DNA of 64,000 bases from Ascidiella aspersa (Eukaryota), in the NCBI GenBank assembly GCA_963924565.1, contig OZ004610.1, positions 34,162,001 to 34,226,000 on the forward strand, read 5' to 3'. The notes under the pieces are model-generated. The model saw only the letters and a list, made by a program, of their open reading frames with translations, was not told where the DNA came from and ran no database searches. This document shows positions 22,001 to 37,000 of the stretch, piece by piece. Position 1 is the first letter of the stretch, and the number at the start of each line of letters is the position of its first letter. Position numbers and translations under genes: made by a program.

Positions 22001-25000
22001 CTCGGTGAATATCGCGCAACAATCCTCGACTGCACAGTGGAAGTGGTGACATGAAGAGAATATGCAACGAGCCTGGCTGCACTCGCCCGGTCCGAGACTA
22101 AAAATTGCATTGTTATAACCTTTGTGACGTTATAACTGAGGTTGTTGTATATAGGTTTGAACAAAAACAAATCGATTTTATGAATGTTAAACCTTAAATT
22201 GGACAGAAACTCGTATTTTATATGAAATTTAGGGGATATGTTAAAACACAATAGCGGATCCATTTAGAGACAATAAGAAACCAGTAAAATGATCAACTAC
22301 TAAATAAGTTGGTTTATAAGTAACTCCAAATAATCAAAAAATCAAAACTTACCCTCTGAAAAACTTGAGTACAGCTTTTGAAGGTAGATCACTGTCTGTA
22401 ACCTAAAGAAAAATATTTAAAGTTGAAAAAACGTAAGGTAATAGTTCAAAGCCTAGTGTTAAACAATTAAATGACACTGAAAATGGAAAAAAATCTAAAT
22501 TAATCCTTCCCAAGTTAAATAAAGCCCGCATAAATCTACACAAGATGCCTTCGTAAAGGCTTATCAAATCCATCAGCCTTGTCTATGGTGCAATACGTTA
22601 TATATGCACGTTTCAGTTGGCGTGTAAATCTATTAAATATTAAGTATTCCATATTCTCACCTGAACAGTGTTGTTCTCGCTTCGTTCACAAAAACTCTCA
22701 CAAGTCGAATCACTTTTCGAAGAAAGATTCAAAGCTTGTTCCTCGGTAGAATTATCTGAAAGACAAAAATAATACTAAGTTATTGACATATGTAAACTTT
22801 TCTACACAGTTAACTTTTAAACCATTTAACATTACTTAACTTCATAAAAAAATAGAAAGTTTACTTAAACTTAATTAGAAAAACCTTAGTTTTGAAATAA
22901 ACGCAGAAAACATAAAATTATCCGCAAGTTCTACCGAAGTTTTTAAAAACAAACAAAACTTTGCCGCCATTATTACGTAACTAGGTGATTGTTACGTCAT
23001 TTACCTTGTTCATTGTGACGATGAAGCGCGGGAGCTTGATCGTATTCCATTGGCTGGTGCGGTGAAGTGGAACGCTTTCCGTTCCATTGATCTTGTTCCG
23101 GCTGAGTGGCGACCTTGAAATGTCCTTGATCTTCGACCTTCAAAGATGGCGAGGCCTGTCGTAATAAAATGGTGGTGTGACGTCATAATGGAAAACAATC
23201 GTGGCAGTAAAATATAGAATATAAACTTTTGTTCGTTTATTCAAGAACGTGAAAGACAATTTTAAAAGTGTTACTTTAGGAAATCTTTTCAGAAAGGTAG
23301 TAAAATATTCTAAATAAATAGCAGGGGTTCTTAAACTGGGCTCCCGGAACCCCTTGGGGTAAGGGGGTCAGTTTTAGGGTCCATGAAGGCCAAATTGAAA
23401 TCCTGAAAAATAGTTTAATTTAGAAAAAAACGCCATGGCACTTTTTCCTTAAATGACATTTGTTGGGCTGAAAGTGGCACGTCTACGTTTTATGACGTCA
23501 TCTCTAAAAATGTTATGCTAACCCTGGTCGACGTACACCCAAAAATTTTAGGGGGTCCGCCTTAATTATGTTCAAGAAACCCTGCGACAAAGCAATGTTA
23601 TTTAAAGTGATCCTACTTAAAAAATATACTTCTTATCGAAAAGGATGTTCATTCTCACCTCAATGCTGGTGTTATATGCTGGTGGGGGAAGTCCCAAAGA
23701 TGCGATGCTTCGGGCTGGGTTGTAATGTTCGTCACTAGAGGAGGTAGAGAGTGGTTAAGTCACGTTTAATGAACAGGGCTCATTTTTTAAACCTAGAATG
23801 TTTGCGAAGTTAAACTATGCATCATTGTTTTGTTAAAAAAATTATTGTTTCGACTTTTTGGTAACATAGGTTACACATTTCACTTTTATTTGGCAAACGT
23901 AGTAATTGGTCTTCTTTATAAATTTTAGTAAATTATTAATATTGAAAAAAATTATTACACTTAGTGCTGCAACACAATTTTATGAAAACATCCAGAGACA
24001 TTTAAGACATTTTTAAGAAAATTTGTAAAAACCTAAAGTTTAATGGTAAAAAAAATGCAATTGGTAAACTAATTCTTCCAAACAAACAGCATTGTACGTC
24101 ACAAACGAACTCTCGTCAACTTTAAGGTCACAGAAGGTCATTTACCGAGGTGTCGAGCAACTTTCCGGGTTCAACATTCCTCCGCTGGATGGCAGTGCCG
24201 GGGAGGCAGATAGTGATGACGTCATGTATGGTGAGGGGTAAAAGTTGGGGGGTTCGCTCTTCGCCGCGAAGGTGGGGCCCATATTATGGGGGAGGGCGGC
24301 TGAAAAAAAGTTTAAAATATTTAAAAAAAATATGTGTAAAAAATTAAGATAAAAATTAGGTAAATTATAGAATTAGTGTTTGTCTAGGAATGTCCGACAC
24401 TTGAAATATTATTCCGATATATTGATTTCCGACATGATATTTAAAAAAAGTGCTTGGATGTGATACCAAATGACGTCATTATTAGAATTAAAAGGTCAAG
24501 TTTGTTAGAGCTGTTAATAAAACTGTTTTTAAACTGGAAACGCTGCATTGGACTGCAAACCATGACCGAAATACATATGACCAAGTAGTATCAGATCGGC
24601 ACCGATACCCATAGTATCGGAAGTAACGATACTATCACTTATCGAACACTTTTACAACTTATCATTTCAAACCCTGCGGTCGATTTAAGACGTAAGTGTA
24701 ACGTCATAATTGATTGTTGAATATGTTTAGTTGAAGATGTTTAAGTTTATACTTAACATACAGATAGAAATGTACCATTAGGCAAAAGTTAACATCCAAC
24801 ACTACCAACCTGTTGCTACAGTGCTTGGGATTGACGCCAGAACTTTCCTGGCTGCTTCTTGTAATACAGAGGTTCCAAACTTAACAGGGACTGGTAAACG
24901 TTGCTCCAACATCGATGGCACTGGACCTGGGGTTGTAAAAGAGGGTTGGGGGTTAGAAAGAGGGTTCGGGTTACATTGGGGTGTGTTCCTGCTTTACTTT

Positions 25001-28000
25001 GTCAACATTCTGGCAAAATTGTAATTAATAGCATTTCAACTTCTTAGAAAAAAACTAAAATCCCTTATTTTTTGCGCCAAGTTAATTTTTAAGTCGAATC
25101 GCTTATGCCACACATATATGATAAAGGATATGAACCGATCGCTCATATCGGGTGTTATAAAACGATACAATTGGCATCGACATGACAAATAAACTAATGT
25201 TAGGTCTACTTATTTACCTTAGGAAACTTAACAAAAAGTTAAGCAAATAAACCTAAAAATAAGAGATAGAAAGAAAATAAGCAAGAAATAGAAAATAAGC
25301 AAGAAATAGAAAATCCTCACGATTAAGAATCCTTGATGCGACGTAAGGATAAATAAATGACGGCATCAACATCTGGGGTAAGTGGGGCACCATGGGTCGG
25401 GGGGTATTCCCCTGGTTAGGTACAAGGGATTGGGGGGTATTTCCACGGTGGGGGGTCAGGTTCGGGGGGTTACGGTTGGGGTCAAGGAAGGGTAGGTGGG
25501 GATATGACGTCATTCTTGGGGGTGCCGGTGGTGGAGGGGGCATGACGTCACGAGAGGAGTGACCGATGACGTCACGAGAAGAAGGAGAAACGTTGACGTC
25601 ACTAGGAGGTATGACGTCACGAGAAGAGGAAGGCATGTCGGAGGAGGTTTGAGAAGCTGAGATCAGAAGAAAGAAGGAAATTGAAGAAGTTATAGAAAAG
25701 TGGAGAAAATGAATAAGAAAACATTCGGGGAATTATAAAGTTTGGAAATATTTCAGGAAATTGCCAAGGAAAAAAAAAAGCGAAAAAAACAAGAGACAAT
25801 TTCAGAAAATAAAAGTATGAAAAATCACAAAAGAGATTCACAGTAAATTGAAGAAACTTTAGAAAGGTGATGGATAAACATTTGAGAAATCATAAAGTTT
25901 GAAGAATAATAACGTAAGTTGTCAAAAGGAGAAAAAGTAAAAAATCAGAAAATAAAAAAAGGCAATAAAGCATTAATAAATGCAAATATCCCTCACTTGT
26001 GCTGAGCGATCCAGATCCCATCAAATCGTGTCGGTCGTGCTTGCGCTTGTGCGACACCATCTGGCTGGTAGACGTGAACGCGAAACCGCAATTATGACGT
26101 AGACAATGGAAGTGGTTGGCGGTGCGATCCAACGAGCATTTGTCGAAACTGAGAAAAAACGAATGAATATNNNNNNNNNNNNNNNNNNNNNNNNNNNNNN
26201 NNNNNNNNNNNNNNNNNNNNNNNNNNNNNNNNNNNNNNNNNNNNNNNNNNNNNNNNNNNNNNNNNNNNNNNNNNNNNNNNNNNNNNNNNNNNNNNNNNNN
26301 NNNNNNNNNNNNNNNNNNNNNNNNNNNNNNNNNNNNNNNNNNNNNNNNNNNNNNCTTAATTTTTCTTGTAAAATTTCTGGTATCCAAATATATAGAGATT
26401 TTTTCAGTAAAAAAAGCGAAGTAAATTATCAAAAAACACTATATATTTCAACCCAGGTTCAAACGGACGTACATGTTTCTGTCTAAGTATTTTATCTATA
26501 AAATTTACTTTAGATTTACTGTAACATTTCTGGTATTCAAATATATACAAATGCCTACTTATATATTTTGGAAAAAATCAGGAAGATTTTTAATTGAACA
26601 AAAACTATAAGGTAAAGTACAAAATAGCAAACAGCTCTATATTTAAACGGAGGTTGAAACCAACCTGCATGTTTCAGTCTTGTAGAACTTCTTGAATCCC
26701 TGCCTAGTGTAGGCATCATCCCTCATGTGGTAAGCCTTGTGCTTCTCGATGTCGCACTTGTTCTTGAACGTGAACTGGCAACCAGGACGACTAAACACAA
26801 GAAAAGTGAAATCAGGGTTATTTTACTTCAAAGTAACAAAAGTTTTACTTAACTACAAGACTTTTTTCTGTTTTTTATGTATTTTTCTTGCTAAACCCTC
26901 TCAAAACCAGACAACACTGAAGTTAAAAAATAATTTTTTTTCCAGTCTTTAGGTCTAAAAAAACGCTGGTAAAAATGAAAAGGTTGAAATCAAGGTGATT
27001 AGTGAAGCAAAACAACTCCCTATATACCAACAATTGTTCGTAGTAAGAAAAGAAAACCACATATAGAAGTATGCAGATACGTTCAAAATGCTACCTACAC
27101 ATATATGGGCTTTATTATTCTTATCATGTATATATAAAACTTCCAGCCATTATTCTTCAAAATGGCTCTAACTTACCGGCTAATTAAAAGAATATAATTT
27201 ATTGGGCAGTTCAACCTTATTCCCTAACAGTGGTTAAACTTACGTGCTAATTTAAAAGGTTATAATTCAGTGACGATATGCGTGTACATTGTTCCAACTT
27301 ACGTGCAGTGGAAGTGCGTTGTACGTTGGTTGACGAAAGTACAGTATCCCATCCCACAGCTCTCAGTAGCTCGGTACCTCTCGAAGCCGTTGCTCACAAA
27401 CTGTTGGTTCTTCTTGTGGAAGTTTTCGTGCGTCATTACGTCCGACGTGCTGGTGTACACTTTGTTGCAGTTTGTCTGGATGGAAAGGGGGAAACGTTCT
27501 TTATTATAATTTTTGCTGCTATCTGCCTCAGTCGTAAATATATACTTGGAATCAATGCCTTCTCACCACGTTGAAAACAAATAAAGATTTACTTAAAGCG
27601 TTCATAAGATGCTACCTACTTCTGCATTGGCTTTGAGTCTTAATAAAACAATTTAAGACAAAACTACGGAGATTATTTTTGCTCGAAATACTTAACTTAT
27701 TTCACCAAGAAAACATAAAAATAACTTATCTGCTAATTAAAGCATTAACACTAAAACTTTAAGACTGAAGATTAAAAAGAATCGTTTTTCCTTAAAATTC
27801 TATTGTTTTTTTTTTAATATATTTTATACCCGAAATAATGGCATTTTCGGACTAAAGATTACTAAATTCCATCACTCTGTCCCGGTTAATCAAGACATTA
27901 AATAAATCCCAACTCACATATAAACAGTGGTAGTGAGTGCTTTTCCCGTTGAGGTGGCACGGACCGAACTGTCGTGAGCAATCATCTGTGGGAGCGAACC

Positions 28001-31000
28001 TCATGAACCCGTGAGCAAGTGAGTTATCACGCTTTTTGTGCATGTTGTAGTGGCGTATCACGTCAGATTTGTTCGTGAAACGCTGCAATGTGAAACAGTT
28101 ATATTGTGTTGAGGTAGTTCAACAAATTAAAAAAAAAATTAATGTATAAAGGCCATCCATGACAGCATCAATATATCTAGAAAAAACTGTCAATTAACAA
28201 GTTTGAAAGAAAGCAAGCCATCCTACTTTGCATGATTTACCAACAGTGTTTATAAACCCACCTGGAAGCTACAGTCGCTATCTGTGCAATGGAAGTGATC
28301 TCTGTTGATGTGAGGACAACTTGATTGCATACAAGGGTGCTTCGAACTATACCTGAAAATAAGAAATAACAATAGGGGTTAGTAATAATCAAGTCGTTTA
28401 GGGCGCTATGTTCGAGTGGCGTGGAATTATAAAAGTTAAAACATAAAAGATTGCGAAGTAAATATTTCATTTTTATGTATTTTCGGTTATGAACCCGTAA
28501 AAAGCTTTTACCTTTAGTCACTCACAGCGTTTTATTTCATTGGTGCGACTAGCCGAGGAAACTTACTTCGAAATGTATTTGTCGAAAACTTCTTCGTCAA
28601 AGTTGGTTGGGTCCAATGTCCCTTTCTTGATTGAACTAAAAATTAACACACAAACATAAACACTCAAGGAAATGTATTTTTTTAATATACTTAAAAGAAA
28701 CATAAGTTTTATCTTCAAAATACACAGGCTGAAATTCCTTAAAAAATGCTTTTTGGCCATGTTTTTTTTGTATTATATTTGAAATGACTTCTATTTATCA
28801 AATGAATCTATTCTATAGTAAAATTCAACTTAAAATCGATTTAAATAAAGGTAAAATCCTAACCTTTATTTGGCATTTTTAGAAAATTAAAAACTATTCA
28901 GCTAAATAAGTACTGATTTTCTCCTATAACTTTAACTTACCCGACACCACTAGATACAGTTCCAGCAGTTATTGTGTCGATCGAATCTGCGTTGTCAGAA
29001 TACTGGACACTAGAGTTCAGCAGAGAGGGGGAGCCGACCTGTGAAAATATGCGGCGTTAAAATGTGCGACGAACTGTTATGCGTTGCTGCACGAAATCAA
29101 CGCAAAATTTTACGCCGCAAATAATTCGTAGGCCAGTTCTAAAAATGTTTAAAGTTTTCAAACAGTTTTTTGAAAAAAGTTAAAATTTCCCGTTCATTTA
29201 AGCTAATGTATTGTTTTTTAATTCGTGTTGCAATAAACTGCGTTATGAAAGCTACACATGGCTTAATTATAGAATTGAGTAAAATGAACTTTATAAATCA
29301 CCTGCGAAAATGCCGACGAACGGTTTAGAATCTTCTGAAGCAAATCAGCTTTGTTGGCAGATTGATCTGAAAAATAAACAGAAAAAATTAGCGAAAACAT
29401 TACAAAACAGCCTGAATTACGCCTCCAAAAGCAACACATTTAACATGTATCAATTAAGTAAAGCGTACATAAGTGGTCTGAAGCATAATTGAGAAATTGG
29501 GGCAAAATATTTGTAAAATAATTGAATAGTCTTTTAACATCATGTGACCATGTCTATTCACAAAGCCAATCATAAAGTAACTTGTACGTAAAGTCAGCAG
29601 CGGTCAAAGTAAGCCAGTAAAATATATTGCGAAGGTTTGCCGTGCAAGTGTACAGCTGCACACGTAACAAGCGGTATTTTGTTTACAAGGCCGTGTCCTT
29701 TCTTCACCACGCCATACCATTATCTCCTTAAATTTGTTTAAAGTAAGATTTCACTTGCGCATTTCTGCACGATATCGAACGATGACCTCAGCTGTCCCAA
29801 CGTTATGACGTAACTTTGTGACGTCATCTTTCAAAATTGTCACGTGTTCCGGTAAAAATATTCTACTTGCTCCCCAGCTTCAAAGTTATATTGGACTCCC
29901 ATATATGGCATGATAAAAAGTTCCGGCAAATATCAGTTCATGAATCATTTATAAGGCCAAGTTTCGCATCTAATATTTATTCCTTGTTTCTAGTGAAAAC
30001 AAACACTTTCTATGTTGATTTCTTATCTAAAGCAGTGCCGTCAATTTCAAAGAGAATTTTCCAAGTTTCCAACAATAACCGTTTGTTTTAACATTCCAGA
30101 ATAGAAATGTGAACAATAGGTACTTTATCTTGTCATCAATAAGCGATTAAACATTGAATGTTGGGTGTTGCACCGAAACAAGCTAATCACCACTTGTGAT
30201 ATTTACCAATTTATCACCAACTTATTCAACGATAGAAGCGAAAAAGGAAGACGTTTAAGCTGGTAATTTCCAGGCTTTCCAGCAATTAATTGATTAATAT
30301 ATGAACAAAGCGGCGTGAAATATTCCACTTCCTACTTCCAAGCATCAAGAAACTTCATTAAACTTAGGAAGAATAAAAAGCCCATACAGAAGTACTTCTT
30401 TTTCGTTAAAGTTTTCTTTTTATATTTTCGACATAATGAAAACTGAGAAGGCAGTACAGAATCGTCGCATTTTCACCATGTTAAAAATTAATAAAGAGAT
30501 ATTCGAAACGTTCGCAAAATACTTACTTCTGTATGGGCTTTGATATTTAATACAAGTTTTACTACAACCTCCAACCATTATGCTCAAGTTCATTAAACTC
30601 AGTTTCAATTAACTATTATTTGCAATGTGTTTAAAGTTATTTGAATCTCTAACATATAATTGCAGCCATTTTATATCTGACGATCACATGATGATTTGAG
30701 TTGAAACTATTAAAAACGACCCAGCAATGGACGCTAGATATAACAAATTGAAACCTAATACAAATATTAAGCTAAATTATATCGTGTGATTTTTAATTTG
30801 TTGTATTTTCTGGCAATTTTTTACTGACTTTATATATTGTTGTTTTACTGAATACAGAAAAATAGGAGTAAAATAATAGTTAACCACTGTAAGATATTTA
30901 TTAAAAATTATGTTTGTTCGACAATCTCATTAAGCCAGATGAAGTTAAAAATAGTTAAAGTTTGATCACGTATTTATCTAGGCAACTTTAGTTTGTCTAC

Positions 31001-34000
31001 CAATCAAGTGTTTCTACTACTTGCATACCTTATGGTGGTTTATACATTTTCAGGAAAGCCAATGAGATAATCTAAACCGCAAAAATATGATATTTTTGTA
31101 GGAAATTAGAACAACCACCAAATTATAATATTACCTAGTGTATATGCAGATTAATTTCAGAAGGGTGCTTGTTTTAAATACTCCTAAATTTGCGTTTACA
31201 TAGCGGCTACATACAAACGCCTTCTTAGTTCCAAAAACCTCAGTTTTATTATAAGCCTCAATATCCTTATAATATAAAGCAGGCGAGCCAGTATATGCAC
31301 ATCGAACATACTTCCTCGTTTTTTAGGCTCGTTAATTTGCTTTCAATGCAGCTTTTAACCAAGGAGTCGCGTATATCGCTTCCTGTAAGAGAAACTGAAC
31401 GAACCGAATTGACGCCGGCGCAAAATTTCCTTACACCCCCCGCCTGCTTATTAACCAAGCGCTGATTTATCGTTTTTGAAGCTTTTCTGGGCATTAGAAG
31501 CAGGAAACGTCAAAGTGAAACGCTCAATCGAGTGAAAGCGACTCGAGTTTGGGAAATCGCTGATACGAGATTTTCCATGAAGACAACTTCCTATCGTTTA
31601 TAGAAAGACTCGACAAACTGCTTGGTATTATTATAGAGGAAAGCGAAGTTAGTTTGACCAGTTTTGATTTTACAGCGTGTTCATTAACGTGCAGCCAATA
31701 ATATTGTCCCGTTTTTGAAAGGCAAAAATATGTTTTGAAAACAAATGCACGTCAAAATAATTTTTAAAAAAGGCCAAATTCTATTGTATTTTTCAATTAT
31801 CAGAAAAAAAAGTTAAACCTAGGTAAAATACGTTTCAAACCAGCGCTGGTAAAAATTTATTATTTTTTTAATTACTTTCATAAAAACATCAACAAATTTA
31901 TTTAATTTCAAATTTGCTAATGTGTAATATCGCTTCAAGATCCAATAAGCTTGTCTTCCATGGGCGCAATTCGAACCCACAAACCTCGGAACTCACCGTT
32001 GTTAGAGACGAGTGAAGCCACGAATGCTGCTGCTACGGCTGGTGGGAGACTGGCTGATGAGAATGGCTTGATCGGGGTCGATGGCAGCGCTAACTGACCC
32101 CTCGAAATAGCAGGGGTTGGGGGGCTTTCCTGGGGGTAACAAAGTGTGACGTCATAAAATGGTATTTTGAGGGGCTAAATAGTGTAATGAAAAAAAAAAA
32201 AAAAAGTTATAATGGATCATTTTGGAATAACAATGTTAGGTTTAAGAAACATGTACTATACCTGAACTTTATAATTTTATAAAAAAGCAAAAAAACAACA
32301 ACAACAGATTTAGGTTAAAATGAACAATAGTGGAAATAAAAGGTTGACTATAAAAGGTTTCCGAGCTAAAAGTTAATGGTTTACTGGCATCAGTAAAAGT
32401 TTCTAACGAAAATTTGTGTTTACCTGTGCTTTATAAAACGTTGCTAAAGTTCAATAAAGCTCAATTACTAAAAGTAATAACGTTACTGATGTTACTGATG
32501 TTACTGATGTTCCAGTTCCAGTGATAACTAAGTGTACAAAGCCGTAAATAACATCGGTTTTAAGATAAACTGTTGAAATTTTCACGCGTCCCACGAGATG
32601 TTTGTACTTCACCCACACACCAGGACGCGAGACGTTACTATTACGTCATACAAGGCTTTCCCGCTATTTCGAAACAAGGTAAATATTTGTGCCCAGAGGG
32701 TAAAAAAAATACATGCAGGAATTATAAAGGAACTTTAAGTGACTGTAAAATCGATAATTTATATATTTAAAAAAGATTGCTTATTCTACATCTTCAGAAA
32801 CAAGTGTTAAATATCTAAATATATTTCTTTTTTTATCAAAACGGGAATACTATTGTGACTAGCGCACCGTTGGAAAAAATATATATTGGGGAAAAGATTA
32901 TCTCTGAACCTTTGTAAGGTTCACCAAGTAAAGAAAGGTTTAAAAATCTACCTAAAAACAACCGTGGCATCAAGAAGGAGTACATAGGGCCCACAATCAA
33001 ACCAACTAAAGCAAACTGTTAGTTGTAAAGAAGCATACCGTTGTGTGGAGTCGCTCCTGGAATTCCTCAGGTCCGTTGTTCCGCCATTGAGCGGCTGGAT
33101 TCCATGTTGTAGCAGTTACACTGACAAGATAAAAGCGAAAGGTAAGGTGGGTGTAAATATAAGAGTGTTTTTATCGGTTTTAACACCACATAAACAGTTT
33201 CAAAAACTGCAGGTTAAAACTAGAAATTTTTATCAAGTTTTCGATTTTCTTAAAGCAATAAAGCCATAATTTTAATAGATTTTATTCAATTTTCGTATTT
33301 ATTCGTTGCATTACTAACAACGAATAGTAAGCGTGTAAGCTAAAAGATTATATCACTTTGTGTAGCCTCGCACAGTTTCATGCGCTTGTTTTTAAACGTT
33401 ATCTTGTTTGCAACACTTTTGACTTTTGACCCGAACGGACTGACCCTTGACCCGAGAGCTGAAAGTTCAAACGGACAAAGCAGCTTTAAGCTTGCAACTT
33501 GAATCAAAGTCCAGCTTTGCAATGTTTGCGGTAGGATTTGAATACAAGTATTTGTCGCATGTTAATCCACACATAACGAACATAATGACAACTTTTACTC
33601 GAGGAAGTAAAATTATGGCGGAGGAAAAAACTCCCACTGACAACAAACTATTCGCAACAAACCACAAAATAAGCCAGGACAGTGTTTGTTGTGAAACGTT
33701 AGCTCAAAAATCGATGAACAATCACTTCAGGCGTAAATTAAAAAAATACTTTTGAGGCAAACTGGTTAAGGTTGTATTAAAAAAAAGATTAAAAAAGCTT
33801 AGTCTAATAAAAAAGGTTAGTCCCAACTAAAGGCAATAAAATGCAGCGTTGTTATTGTAGTTTAACACTTTGTGCCAAACCGATCGCTATGATTTTAGAT
33901 TCATATTAGTAAATTACCGACAAAAAATAGCGGATAAAAATAAAAAGGCTCGGCAGCTGTTAGCAATAACACGCCACTGACATTTCATCCAATTTATTCC

Positions 34001-37000
34001 AATGAAGTCGGGTTAACTGCGTTTATTTACTTGTGCGTATTTTACCTGGTGCTGCGAGATGCTTGTTCGTTGCTTTCACGAAATATATCTTCATTGTCCG
34101 AAGATTCCTGAGAATTTTGAAACAAATTCGTTAAAATAAGAACGAGATAAGGTCTTGCGTTTTCATAAGATGATGTATATTCTAAAAAAACATGCGCGCA
34201 CTAAATGGAAATGACATCAGTTGTAGATCAAATATTTGCTTTGCTGTCAAATTGCGAAATGTATACAGCGCAGAATAATACATCCCACACAGAAATGGTT
34301 ATTCATGCATAGGTTTGGCTTTTATTTCACATCTAACTACAGACTTAACTGTCCTCCAAAATAAACTTTATGACTACAGCTGCCGTTATAGTTTAAAAAA
34401 AGGCTCGCAAGTCTACTTGAAGTGTACTTTAGGTTTGCGTTTGATACTGCACCTTTCTAAGTTTGCTATTTATCTATGATGTTCGATAAAATATTTTCTC
34501 AAATCTTGGCTTTTAAACTAGAAAACCCTACGTTGGATTGTAAAGCTTGGCTGTTCAGCACAAATTAATTCGGCATTGGATCGGCTACGATCCGATATTA
34601 TTGGACATTCCTTCTTACTACTGTACCTTACGTAGATGTCCTACTGTATCTTTTGTAGAGCTGCTACAGTGCCTTAAGTAGAGCTTGCTAGCGTACCTTT
34701 ATTTTTTGTTGATTAGCTGCAGCCATCTTCATTTGGCGGAGTTGAACGAGATCTTGTTGTGTAATCCCAACTTGGTCCATCGCTTCCATGAGAGGAACTT
34801 GCTGTCCAAGAAGCTGAAGCAAGCGCTCGTACCTTCGATATAACCAGCAATTAAATACAACAATCAACATAAGCAACTCTATACTGTAAACCAGACTTGG
34901 CAAGTCGATAACTCTATAAGGTACACTATGCACAGATCTGTGAGGTAACTTGATAATAAATTCAAAATTAGATTTTTCTACTTTGACCTGATAAATCACG
35001 TTGTGCGAAAGCTTGTCAACATTTTATTACATTTTGTTGTTTAAAAGTGCCACCCCTGATTTCCAGATTTAGAGATTAGACAAATACAGCTACCGACAAA
35101 CTTTACGAGCCAGTTTGTCGCGTGAGAGTTGAGGCGCAAAAGTGACAGAGTCGGGTCAATTTTGGCAAGTAATTGTCAACATTCAAACGACCCTGTTTAA
35201 CTTTGAAAGCGAACTTCGCTAGCTAGAGCTACTGCTGTGTCGCCGATAAAAATGGCGACCTATTTAAGCCTTGGTGTGATGAAACTATGTATGGTTGCTT
35301 AAAACTGTTTTTTTTTTAAATCATTGTGACAAACACTGATAGATGAATTGGTCTTTCATCTGTAAAACTTTGTGCGGTTGTATTAAAATGACTTTTTACG
35401 ACATTTCATTTAATTGCGTTAGTTTTTTACTCACTTTTTCATCTTTTCTTGAAAACTCTCGATATTAGCTTCATCGTTGGGGAATTCCCCTTCTTCCGGC
35501 TGCTGCATTTCATCCTGAAGCCCAGAACCATCAACTGCAAAATCAAGGTCGCAATTTGAAGGATAAATTTAGCATTATTTCATCGATAACCAAAATTCAA
35601 AATCTTAAGGTGGATAAAAGACTGAAATTCCACGAAACACTACTTAATCTAAATATAGGATCAAACAAAATAAAATATTCGCAGTTTTACTAAACTTACA
35701 AAAGTCGAAATCGAAATATTTGGTTTTGACGTCACGATACGCATGGGTGAGTTTGAATCACGCGGAAATGTAATTTGGAAACACGCTTTATTATCGCGAA
35801 TCAATTTTCAAGGTTTGTGGAAATAAAAAAGCGTTTTTTTCATGAAATAAAGGAGCTTTGAAACACGGCAGTGGAGTGAATAGTTGTGGGGGAAATAAAT
35901 AATAATGAACCATGGAAACAATTCAAGTTACAATTAAGTGTAAAGTCAGAAGCTTTTCATTTCCTAATTATGGAGGTTGGCCTGGGAACAAGTTATTCTG
36001 TACAACTCAAAAGTCGCCATTATATAAGATTTTAGTTTTAGCAGTTCAAAATACACAAGTCCAGTGGCGAAAAATACAAATCCGTATCTAATGCCTCAAT
36101 AACAATTAAAAAAACAAATGCTACAATTTCTAACAGACGAAAATTTCATAACTTGGAAAAGTGCAATGAAATCTTTACCAATACATTAAGCCAATAGAGC
36201 ACAGTAACTAACATTGAGAATCCCAGGCCAAATAGTTACATTGCGAGCAGAAAACTAAAACCGGGCAGAAGTGCTGACCGAAAAAGTTTTGTTTGGCTCG
36301 TTTAAAGTATGTCATATTTAAAAAAACTTTGTCCATAATGAAACCGCGTCTAATTTATTTGCCAAAATGTAGAAATACCGAAACCACTGATTCCAGCAAA
36401 CTCATAATGTCATACCTTCTTTACCATAGCACAGCAACTAACATGAATGGGCTCGAATCGAAAAAAAAAAACGTTACAAACTAAAGTCAAAAGTGTCGGT
36501 GGAAAATGTTTCCTGCTCAAAATAAAGCGCGCATTGGAAAGTTGCGTTCCATCAATGATTTGATTTCCTTTTCGGTGGGCGCCATTGAGGAGCGCGCCAC
36601 AGGAAACGAGACGAATATTGCTACAAAAACAGCGGATATGACGTCATAGGCAGCGGATTCGTCCTAAAAGTTGCGCGAGGAAATCCAAACTGCTTTCAAT
36701 GGAATAAATGTGGAGGAAATTGCGTTTCTAAACCGCTCTGTGCTCTGCTGTGGTGTGTTTTGGTGTGTTCGGGTTAAACTTTAGCGAATGAATGAGCTTA
36801 TTTGGAGTTGTTGACTTTTTCAGCAACTTTTGAATTTACTTTCATTTTATTCCAGTGTTTCTCAACCTTTTTTCGTGGCGACCCAAATACAAAGTTTTAA
36901 GTTTAAAACCACAGATTTCACGTGCCAATTATTGTAAACTTTTTGCAGACCTAAAGCCAAAATAAGTACGAATTTGATTATTGTGAATTACGTCTTTGTT

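Noticed and set aside
25890-26486. ORFs spanning the N run
   Set aside because: Artefacts of translating through the gap; only 25997-26148 is exon.
31958-31992. tRNA gene (GGTTCGAAT B-box on the minus strand)
   Set aside because: Only a T-arm-like fragment, directly after a splice donor; no A-box or cloverleaf. At most a SINE relic.
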